This document shows, one piece after another, positions 53,867-64,000 of a stretch of DNA of 64,000 bases. A program made the translations under genes and the position numbers. Source of the stretch: Podarcis muralis (Eukaryota); assembly GCF_964188315.1 (NCBI RefSeq), contig NC_135658.1, forward strand, positions 75,454,001-75,518,000. Direction: 5' to 3'. A model generated the notes under the pieces. That model ran no database searches and was not told the DNA's origin. It was given only the letters and a program-made list of their open reading frames with translations. Position 1 is the first letter of the stretch, and every line of letters starts with the position of its first letter.

Positions 53867-56800
53867 TTACGGTCATGACCAGCTCCCATGGCCCCATCTG
53901 CAACTAAAGCAGCATTATACCACTTTAAACAGTCATGGCTCCCTGCAAAGAATTGTGGGAACTGTAGTTTGTTAAGGGTGCTGAGAGTTGTTAGGAGACC
54001 TCCATTTCCCTCACAGAGCTACAATTCCAGAGTTCCCTGGGAACTAAAACCACTCCTGGCAACTCTCACCACCCTTAACAAACTGCAGATTCCAGGATAC
54101 TTTGTGGGATGCATCCTGATACTGCATTAAATGTACAGTACAGATTGGGGAGGGGGGCAGGGCTATGATTCTACTTAAAAGGCTCACTGCTTATGAACAT
54201 CATGTAAACAAGGGGGTGAAGACATCATCCCTCCGCCAAAAATCAAGATGAAAAACAAATCAGTAAATACTTCAGGACAAATGGTGAGTTAACTGTAATT
54301 AACGACACCGATAATCTCTTTTTTATATTCATTTAAAAACTCCTTGGAGATCAAGGCAGGTTAAAACAATGAAGCCATTTTGAAATCCCTCACAGTATGT
54401 TTAGGTGCAAATACCACTGTACAAAGGCAAGTGTCTTGCAATATGATATTGTGACGGTAAAAAGCAGCATATGCTGTAAGCATATGCTACTTTTAACTGC
54501 TGATGAATAAAAAAAGAATGAATATATTCATGGAAGAGGATCCTGTCCGTTTCTATTTTCCTTCATTTGTTCAGGCAGGGCAATTTTGTAAAGGTGGAAC
54601 CACAAGTTACCTCAGCAAATGGCATGTTTCAAAACCTGAGTTCACAGGCTTCCCAAATGCAAAGCCAGAGGAGGAGGAGGAGGACATTTTAAAGTCTGAG
54701 GTGGAATAGAAAATGGCATTTCTTTCTTCAACTCAAGGCTTAATGCCTCAGGCTGTAAAATGTATTAGGCCAGCCCTGGGGCAAGTGTTTGGGGCCCACA
54801 TAAGGGAAGGCTAAAGTGGTGTGTGTTTTTTTAATATAAATTTTATTAGTATTTTCCACACAACAACAACACGAAGGCTAAAGTTTTAATTCCAATACCC
54901 AAAGTGAATTGTGAGAGCTTTCTAGAATTTTAGTTTGTTACCATGTGCCTTCAATCTATGTGAACATAGCTACTTAATTAGAGTTGCTTTGTAGATACCA
55001 TTTTTGTAAACTGCTTTGAGATTTTATCCAGTCAAGAGGTATATAAATTTTATGAAATAATGAATATCTTTAAAACAAAACAAAACAACGCCAGAACAAT
55101 GCCTCTTGCAGTGTAAGTATGCCATCTTCTGGTTGGTTTGTTTTTAAAATATATGTAGTCCTTATACACCTGTGTTTCCCCTTAGAGATTTTTTTTATAT
55201 CAAGTTTTTTTTTTATATTATACATTTTATAAATCAGTCCGTTGAAGAATGCTGGTTGTATTATTATTACTGTTATTATTTAAATCTGTATACTGCCCTT
55301 CATCCGAAGTTCACAGCATAAAAATACAAAAACACAAAGTACATAATAAAAACAAGAACAAAACAAACCAATACCCTCCCACTTCTACAAACACATTTAA
55401 AAGGACATGTGCCTATATTTGTTATAAAAGCATAATTGAAATGCTAATTGTGTCAGGTTTATTATTTCAAAAAATCACAAGGATAAAAAGCAGTCATTGA
55501 CAGAGCAGGCTCAAGACATTTTGCTGTCTGAAGCAGAGCTCAAATGGTTGCCCATCACCGACAGCTCCGTTCAGATTCTAGTTTCTGCCTTCATCTAGCC
55601 TCCCCTTATGGTGCTGCCTAAAAATTGCAGTTACACCTTGTTGTGTGGCTGGGGAAGGATATGGATTTTAAAACAGATAAACTGGATTTCTCTTTCTTTG
55701 TTAACATTGTTAATAACTTTGTTATTATTATTAAAAAAAATTAAATCTCAGCAGCCAGGTGCCCAAGAAATTAATCTTAACTTTTGGGGGTGTATCTGGA
55801 GCTCCCAAGTTGCTAACCATTTATTTATTTTAAAACATTTATATACCACATTATAACTTTTTATTAAAGAGCAGTATACAAAATAGAAACATACAGCCCT
55901 CCCCAATAAACCAATATAAAACAATAAAACAGCAATATATAAATCATGTTATCTATTTCCTTATTAATGAGCAAGTGCGATGTTACTTGCTGGTCTCATT
56001 TAAATGCTGTTTACATTTTAACAACTTAATTTACCCTCAAAACCAGTTTCCATTTTATAATGGGAAAATGCCCAGGCAGCTTTTCCTTAAAATTGTGTGT
56101 ATTTGTGAAAAGACACATTAAAATTTTCTCCTATCTTGCATGAGCATTGCTATGAACATTGCACGTATGTGGCTCAGTGTCTCATGCAACACACAAACAC
56201 AGCAGAGTTTAGTTATACCCAGAAGATGTCACTGTTGTCCACAGAGCCCACTGTTATTACTGGATGTTTACATCTGTGCAATATGAGTTACCGGTATCTT
56301 AAGCTGTGTGTCTGGTTTTCCAGTTGTTGCTTCTTCAGTGAAGATGATGGTGGAGTGGGAACAATTTTGTCTCCTTCATGGTGCACAGTTGTAGTTGTTG
56401 GGGCTTTAGAGAACACTGATAATTGTCATGACATTGACCCTTGTCAGCAAACTAGATATGTTAGCGGATTTGCAAGGTAGACAGCTTGCGTCTCAGTATT
56501 TGAATGGCAAATCAATGGGGGGAATGTTGCTGCAACATTTCAGACAGTTGCAGCAGCAAGGTACGGTACTTTTAAATGATCGGGGCTTCAGCATCATAGG
56601 CATAATATAGTAGCTAAGCAACAGCTAAGAGCCAAAAGGATCCCAGTTCAAGTGTTACCCTTTCCTAGGCCCTGAAGCTGTTACTAGCTTTGGTGGAGGG
56701 AGGAGACGCGGTCATAGAAGCTGTACTACCAGCACCCAGCTAATAGCAGCTTCAGGATTTACCGGTACATCTGGGAAGGGCAATGGAGGACAGGCTTAAG

Positions 56801-57859
56801 CACTTGTTCCAGAACACCCAGCTCAACCCCAGTGGACTCCTAATTAGCAAAACAAAAGCCATAGGCAATCCTAATCACAAATCTCACACATCACATCTAG
56901 TTTGGCTTGGAATATAGGTCAGAAAGCAGGATCAGTTTCAAGGGTTACTTGAGGGAAGTCATGATAGTGGAACTGGCTTGAATAGCATAGATGGTTTTCA
57001 GATATGACATTTTAAAAGTGCTCTTAAGCCGCCTTTCTTATGCAATTTGTGCCGTTTTTCGAATCCTTGAAAATGTTTCATTATTTTATTTATCATTTCA
57101 TTTAATGAAATTTATATGCCATGTGATTGTAGAAAAACATTAAAGTGGCCTTCAAAAAAGATAAAACTATCTTATTATCACTTTAAAATGACAACTGTAA
57201 TTTAAAAGATACAGAATGATGTTTAGTATAGATATGTTTGCCACCATGGGCCACTTTCGGAGGAAGGGTGGGACACCAAAATTTAATAAATAATAAACCA
57301 TAATAATAATAATTTTTGCCCTGTGTGCTTTTGTTGATGTGGGGCACGGTCCAAATGATATATATTCTTATCAAGTGCATTTGCTGCATTTAAATTATAG
57401 ATCCTAGGAATTAAATGCTCCATCTTTGGTGAAAAGGCACTCTCAGGGGGATTGTTCATTTAGGTCTTGACAATGTGGACTTACTATATTGTGCTCCTTA
57501 CAGTGTATTGCAGAGCTTCCCTTTGTATTTTCTTACTCAGCATTTACACTGATGGATAAACTTAAAATCAAAAACCTTTGGCAATGCTATTTTGATTCTA
57601 CGGCAAATGTGGTTAAGTGTCTTAAGCATTGGACTTAAGAGTGTGGAAATGTGGATACAGATTCTTATTTGGACAGTAACGAGGTTTACTAGATGACTTT
57701 GATAAGTAATTCTCTGTCAGCCTAACTTACTTTGCAAGGTTCGTAAAGTTGTTGTGAAGACAACAGGAGGGGCAGCCATTTATGTCACTTTCGATTCCTT
57801 GGTGGAGGGACAGTTTTATTTTTTTAAAGTATAAATAAATATGTTTCAACCATCTTCAT

Positions 57860-57892
57860 AAGAATCGGACACGACTAAACAACTAAACAACA
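57860..57892 (+). mobile_element. Extremely truncated BovB tail
   Basis: aagaatcggacacgactaaacaactaaacaaca closely matches the BovB 3' terminus at ~17048-17088. Confidence 0.7.
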
Positions 57893-58804
57893 TGTATGAT
57901 ACATGCATAGGCTGATCAGGCACAAGAGACAGGGTGTCTTTCTCAGCTATGCCTGCGAGGGCTGCTTCCAAGTCCTCTGAGAAGAATTAGAAACCATCTA
58001 TAAAAGGCTGGTGGGAGCTTAAGAACCCCTGGAGTATAGCAGTTTAAGGAACATAGGCTTTCAGGAATGTGGTGAAATGTAACCTACATGAGAGGTGGCC
58101 CTTGTCTCGTTCCCTGCAAGGTGTACAGCACCATAACCTAGTTGCATAAAATACGTCTTCAGTGTGACATTTCAAGATAAGGATGCTGATAGCTTACTGG
58201 TATATGAGGTGTAGGTTGTGTGCAAGCACTAACCTCAATAGCAAACATTAAGTGCTAATGATAAAAAGGATGCCCGAGCTTTAATAGCTCCAGGAACAAA
58301 ATTATATAGCAAACCCCACACTGTACGCTTCATTACTAAAATGCCATTGAAATCTTCAGTATGTGACACGGTAGCCTAGCCTTCAAATAATTCTGCGCTT
58401 CCTTTTTCAATGAACTTACTCATGCTCTTTGAACTTCAAGGTAGAAAAATCAAAGGCAGCGACAATGTCTCCCTGGAGTTCCTGACCTACTTTGTAGAAA
58501 TCTGTTCTTGTCTTCGGCAGAAATGTGGAAACTATGTCAGAAGGATTTACTCAATATGTTGTTAAGAATTTATTTCTCCTTTGAACATCGTGCATTCCAA
58601 GAGAAGTAATTTAGCAGACATTCACACACACACTGAACAAAAAGTGAAGAGGAAGAAGAAGAAACTTTGCTTGAAGAATGGTACCTGTATGAAATGAAGG
58701 AGCTGTCAAATGCTCTGTGAACTCTGGAATGCAGGCAGCTGAACAGAACAGTTCACAAAATGAATCCTGTCAGTTATGCTAACGGATAAATGTTGCAATT
58801 TGCT

Positions 58805-59163
58805 TAAAGGTAAAGGTACCCCTGCCCGTACGGGCCAGTCTTGACAGACTCTAGGGTTTGGCGCCCATCTCACTCAAGAGGCCGGGGGCCAGCGCTGTCC
58901 GGACACACTTCCGGGTCACGTGGCCAGCGTGACATCGCTGCTCTGGCAAGCCAGAGCCGCACACGGAAACGCCGTTTACCTTCCCGCTAGTAAGCGGTCC
59001 CTATTTATCTACTTGCACCCGGAGGTGCTTTCGAACTACTAGGTTGGCAGGCGCTGGGACTGAACGACGGGAGCGCACCCCGCCACAGGGATTCGAACCA
59101 CCGACCTTTCGATCGGCAAGCCCTAGGCGCTGAGGCTTTTACCCACAGCGCCACCCGCGTCCC
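58805..59163 (-). mobile_element. Sauria SINE, full length
   Basis: Complete reverse-complement copy of the 6040-type subfamily. Confidence 0.92.
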
Positions 59164-59267
59164 CTCTTAATGCTTTTACTCTCTGTCAAAGTGAGGACCA
59201 GGGGGGACCAAATGGTTCCCAAACTTTTTGCCTCACAGACCGCTCTAAAATTGGTGAGGGTCTGGGC

Positions 59268-59598
59268 CAGGGGTCTGCAACCTTTAAGACAAAAAGAGCC
59301 ACTTGGACCCGTTTCCAAAGAAAAAAACACCTGGGAGCCGCAAAACCATTGCGACATTTAAAGCATGCGCGCCGCTGCCCTCCGATCTGACAGCGGGCGG
59401 GAAGGTGACGTCGGGACGGTGCGTGACTAACGCACGCACCGCCCCCATGCAACATCACAGCCAGTACAGCGTCCGCCACAGTGGGGAGTGTCGGGGCGCA
59501 CAATACGCCTCCTCCCCTCGCTAGTATCCGTCCCGGAGCCGCGGCAAAGGTGTAAAAGAGCCACATGCGGCTCCGGAGCCACGGGTTGCAGACCCCTG
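59268..59598. mobile_element. hAT MITE nested in an older hAT-like element (~59209-59746)
   Basis: 15-bp TIR caggggtctgcaacc; exact 8-bp TSD gtctgggc (59260-59267 / 59599-59606). Host begins atggttcccaaactttt. Confidence 0.88.
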
Positions 59599-60643
59599 GT
59601 CTGGGCGGACCACAAGGATGCTTCTGCCTGTAATGTGTGATGCTAGGTGCTGTATAGATTTTGTATTTTTAAAGATGTGCCATGGAGCACTTAAATTAAG
59701 CTCATGGACCACTGATGGTCCATGGTCCACAGTGTGAGGGACCGGCAGGAGACGGAAGGGTAGGCAGAGGAGGCAGTGGGGCAGGTGGGGTGCCATGCAA
59801 CGTTTGAGGAAGGAGAAGAGGAAGAGTTTTAGCAGTCAGCGACTTGAGAGGAGGATGTTAGGGAAAGAGTTGCAGGAAGGTGCAGAGGTGGATGAGTCAT
59901 TCCCAGAGAGAGCCGGGCCATTAGAATTGCCCCAGTCCCTTCTCCCAGTGCCTCCAAGAGCAATGAGTGGTTTAAAGTGATAGGAGCAGCTGGAAATGCA
60001 ACACAGGAGAAGCTCTGGTTGCTTGTGTGCATTACATCAGAAGAGGGGGCTTAAATGTGCTGATGGAGGCATGGATGCATTGCTGCTCAAACTGTCCAGT
60101 TTTGAGCACAAGTCTGAAGAAAGAGATGTCTAGCTACGTGGCTAGTTAGCAGGCGCGGTGCATGTAATTCCAGTAAACCTGGAAGCTTTTGCATGGTGCT
60201 CTTCTGCAAACCATGTAGCATGACCATATTGGCTTGTGCTCACCTGACATTCTTACCTGCCTGAAAGCTATGTGAGTGTTGGGCACAGAAGTTGTCAAAA
60301 GATTGATGCTGCACTACCATTGAGGATGTACTTTGTTTATTGATTATTGAATTTATACCCAGCCTTTTTTGCATGGAACTCAAGACTGTGTACATGCCAG
60401 CTACATCTTATATTAAATGGCAACTGCCCACATCACTCTGGTATTTTATGCAATGGGGAAACCCAGTGGTTACTTCCTATACTCATCTTGTCAACCCCAG
60501 GGAAAGGGCATCGCTGGCATAGGAAGCAGTTGCTTCATAAGCTCCTCTCACATGTAATTTTTCCCAGAGTAGCAGCCATGTTTGACCACCACCACAGCAA
60601 AAACATGCATCTGATGAAGTGGAACTTTGCCCACAAAGCCTTA

Positions 60644-61000
60644 AAAGTAAAGGTAAAGGGACCCCTGACCATTAGGTCCAATCGTGGCTGACTCTGGGGT
60701 TGCGGCACTCATCTCGCTTTATTGGCTGAGGGAGCCGGCATACAGCTTCTGGGTCATGTGGCCAACATGACTAAGCCGCTTCTGGCGAACCAAAGCAGCA
60801 CACAGAAACACTGTTTACCTTCCCGCTGGAGCGGTACCTATTTATCTACTTGCTCTTTGACGTGCTTTCGAACTGCTAGGTTGGCAGAAGCAGGGACCGA
60901 GCAATGGAAGCTCACCCCGTCGCGGGGATTCGAACCGCCGACCTTCTGATTGGCAAGTCCTAGGCTCTGTGGTTTAACCCACAGCGCCACCCGCGTCCCA
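60644..61000 (-). mobile_element. Sauria SINE, full length, inserted in a Penelope-like tail
   Basis: 13-bp TSD ccacaaagcctta (60631-60643 / 61001-61013). Flanks rejoin into gcatctgatgaagtgg..aaagcctta..taaatttgttagcctttaaggtgccaca. Confidence 0.92.
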
Positions 61001-61529
61001 CCACAAAGCCTTAGGCCCTAGTAAATTTGTTAGCCTTTAAGGTGCCACAATACTTTTTTTGTCCATTCCCCCCCCCATGGTATTCCAATTACATATGGTA
61101 CCAGAGCGGACTAGAAAACAGCTGTGCCAAAACACCACCCACATCATTGCTCAGGTAATGAAATAACCTGATCTCATGATCATATGAAAGAAACAGAGAA
61201 GGAATGTCTTGATTCTACCTTCCATTTTCTGAGTTATTTCAACACGGATGCTTCAGTCTGAATTCTCAGGTGCATGCAGTCATGCATAGCTCTGTAAATG
61301 TTCTTTTATGGCCACTTTGTTCTAATGTTGCACTAAACTATAATTGACTATGTTCTGATTTCCTTCTTTTTTAGTATCCAAGGAACAGTAAACTAATTTA
61401 CACCTCATATTATCTGCACTGACATATTTCACTAGACAGGCAGATGGTGTCTCAGTTTTCATATGCCTCATAAACTTTTAGAAAGTTCCTTTATAATCTT
61501 CTTATCCTGACTTTACTATGTTTTTATAT

Positions 61530-61650
61530 CATAGCAGGGGCCACGAGGGCCATCTTGTCCAAAACCTTGCAGTGCAGGATTTCCCCCCCTCAAAGGGGTT
61601 TGAACCCATGACCCTGGGGTTAAGAGTCTCATGCTGTCCTGACTGAGCTA
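61530..61650 (-). mobile_element. tRNA-Lys-derived SINE remnant
   Basis: 61595-61650 is the reverse complement of a decayed tRNA-Lys; same type as 29420-29540. Confidence 0.6.
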
Positions 61651-62709
61651 TACTGCTATGCTGGAACTCTCAGGGCAGTGCACAGAAGCAGGTTGTATTC
61701 AATGAAGTCATTGCATGAGTGCAACAGGGCGCCTGCTCTGTCTCCTTCCCTGTGCACCCCACCAAATCTGCTCTGGGGATTCTCCCAACCCTCCATTTGT
61801 TGCAATTAGGTTCCAGACTTATAGCAAAGCATCCAGAGAAGTGGCTGAAAAATAAAAAACTTTTGAAATTAATCTCCTGTAATTATAAAACCAGTTTGAT
61901 TTTACCTTTGTTTTTTTTCCCTTCAGCAAAAACTCAATTATTTTTTAGAGTTACATGAGCAGACCCAGGCCACTCCCAGCTTTTGAGGCCAGTTGGTGCC
62001 CACTAGGGCTACTAGATCATGGGATAAGGTGGCAGCCAATTTTTAGTGTGGGTTTCATGTGACGATAACCATAAATTACTCAGAATTAAGCTCCACGGGG
62101 ATTGTTCCCTGATAAGCTGGTACAGGACTGTAGCTGAATTGGTTAGCTTTGAAGGTGCCACAGAAGACTGCTAGCAAGGGACATCATAAACCTCCAGACC
62201 TACGAGTCAGATTGTAAGACATGGATAACATTGTAAGAAAAACAACTAATTGGGGAAAGAAGAGGAAACATGAGCACTGAAAATGCAATCTCACTCTTTG
62301 CCATCACTGTAGAAACAGGATTGCTTTATATCTTTCTTTCAGTGGGCTCTGAGGGTAAGCAATTTGCGCACTAAGGAATGAACACATTATCTAGGTGCGT
62401 GTTTATTTCAGTGGGAGTTCTCTCTCCTTGACATGTAGCTTAATTTATTTCAAATGCCGTTGAGAAGCCAGTCACAGATGTTTCCTTGTTAGAAGAAACA
62501 AAAGTACAAAACATTCTTTCTGTGCTGGGAAGCATCTTGTACACTACAGATATCTGAGAACTATAATGAGCCTTAAATTCAACTTTCCCCCTTGGTTTTA
62601 TGCCCAGAATTGAGTGGTTTGCATTTACTTTGGTCTGATGATTGATTTGGAAGAGAGGGTATTGTTACATGCCACCACCCCAATCTCCACAGCAGTGCAA
62701 AATTCCAGG

Positions 62710-63110
62710 GGTTACAGGTGCTTACCTAGGATTCGTGTTTCCTTATGGAAACGAGGCACAGCAGAGACTGTGGTGTCTTTTTGATATATGATTTATTTAC
62801 ACATATATACAACCTGAATCTACAGTGGAGAGGGTCCCAGCATTATGCTCCAAGAGAGTCTCTTGCTTCTCCATAGACCCAATGGCCTTAGATCCAAAAC
62901 AAAAACTAGCCATGTTCTCTCTCTCCTTTTTCCAGCCTGTCAGTTTTGCTAGCACATCACTGCCAACTGTCCCCCTAAAAAACTAACACTGGCCTTTTGT
63001 CTTGCTAACTGAAAACCAGGGTCTGGAGTAGGACTTCACCCATCATTTGGCTGTTTGGCACTGCATCTCCCAGTGTCCCATCCACCTACCTTTTGTTAGA
63101 TCAACAACTC
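62710..63110 (-). mobile_element. Possible ERV-type LTR remnant
   Basis: gttac-type start and gatttatttacacatatatac (poly(A)/TATA complement); ends and TSD not resolved. Confidence 0.3.
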
Positions 63111-63204
63111 AGCCATTATCAAGTGATTACCTCATGAGGAAGCTGGCCTGTGTTATTTCTTGCTAAATCCAAGGATTTGGGGGTTTCCTTAACTTCTAAT
63201 ACTA

Positions 63205-63563
63205 GGGACGCAGGTGGCGCTGTGGGTAAAACCTCAGTGCCTAGGACTTGCTGATCGTCGGTTCGAATCCCCGCGGCGGGGTGAGCTCCCGTCGTTCGGT
63301 CCCAGCTCCTGCCCACCTAGCAGTTCGAAAGCACCCCTAAGTGCAAGTAGATAAATAGGTACCGCTTTATAGCGGGAAGGTAAACGGTTTTCCGTGTGCA
63401 GCACTGGTGCTGGCTCGCCAGTGCAGCTTTGTCACGCTGGCCACGTGACCTGGAAGTGTCTTCGGACAGCGCCGGTTCCTGGCCTCTTGAGTGAGATGAG
63501 CGTGCAACCCCAGAGTCGATCACGACTGGCCCGTACAGGCAGGGGTAACTTTACCTTTACCTT
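63205..63563 (+). mobile_element. Sauria SINE, near full length
   Basis: Head to (ACCTTT)n tail; imperfect flanking repeat ttctaat(a/g)ct. Confidence 0.9.
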
Positions 63564-64000
63564 AAATTCTAATGCTTTACTGAATCCTGAGATTTTGGGG
63601 AATCTTGAATCCCTCCCAATCTCATAACAGCACGTTTAAGATGCTACCGGCAAAGTGCTCATCAAGGCCACGACTACATACAAATGCATCTTCATATTTA
63701 ACAAGTGGCCACAGGGATGGTAGCAAGTGGAGAGAGGATATCGCTTTCCTCTCCTTTCCTGTGGTCCTAAGGAAGGTCCTGACTCTGAATTTGCTATTTG
63801 CTTTGGGCAGAAATATGCCACTGGGACCAGTTTGATCCTCATTTGGATGGGCCTGGGCAATATATTGCTCTATTTTTCTTCTGCATAAACAAACACAGAG
63901 AGAAAGGCTAGCTGTGCTGGGGAAACTGGGCTACACAAGGGGGTTGGTGGCAGAAGAGGCATTGACCTTCCTCCAACTTGGTTCAAGGAAGATGGGGGCC

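Noticed and set aside
53060-53870. Short repeated units in MITEs and tandem duplications as possible CRISPR-like arrays (also 40860-40990)
   Set aside because: Vertebrate DNA, no unique spacers of regular length, no cas genes; explained by TE-internal repeats.
56136-56610. Two overlapping ORFs with exon-like splice motifs in the distal intergenic region
   Set aside because: No recognisable protein in any frame I translated; NPAS2 coding sequence was not found in the window.

Overview
Squamate reptile genomic DNA, probably a lacertid lizard (inferred from the Sauria SINE and BovB content). Gene order matches the vertebrate CHST10 - NMS - PDCL3 (- NPAS2) block. It holds the 5' end of CHST10 (- strand, first coding exon 2514-2613, CpG island near 9.7-10.6 kb), neuromedin S (NMS, + strand, 20613-27688) and a complete PDCL3 (+ strand, 41592-50131). 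The remaining ~13 kb to the window end is repeat-rich intergenic DNA. The main unexpected element is an inverted, outward-facing pair of intact, divergent histone H2A genes between NMS and PDCL3 (33314-33727 on -, 39509-39904 on +). Each has its own homologous AT-rich promoter, a candidate non-coding exon 1 and 5'-UTR intron, and poly(A)/CPE-type 3' signals instead of a histone stem-loop. The two histone folds are 98.6% identical, consistent with gene conversion, but the tails differ: one ends in an H2A.X/yeast-like SQEL, the other in PQEE. A second notable point is that NMS exon 3 is dead (Trp-to-stop change plus GT>GC donor change) while the other exons and the mature peptides are intact. 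Many TE insertions have readable TSDs (Sauria SINEs, BovB, hAT and Tc1/mariner MITEs, a solo LTR). There is one 128-N assembly gap (27785-27912). No rRNA, intact tRNA or CRISPR was seen. All calls are from reading the sequence and remembered family sequences; no searches were run.
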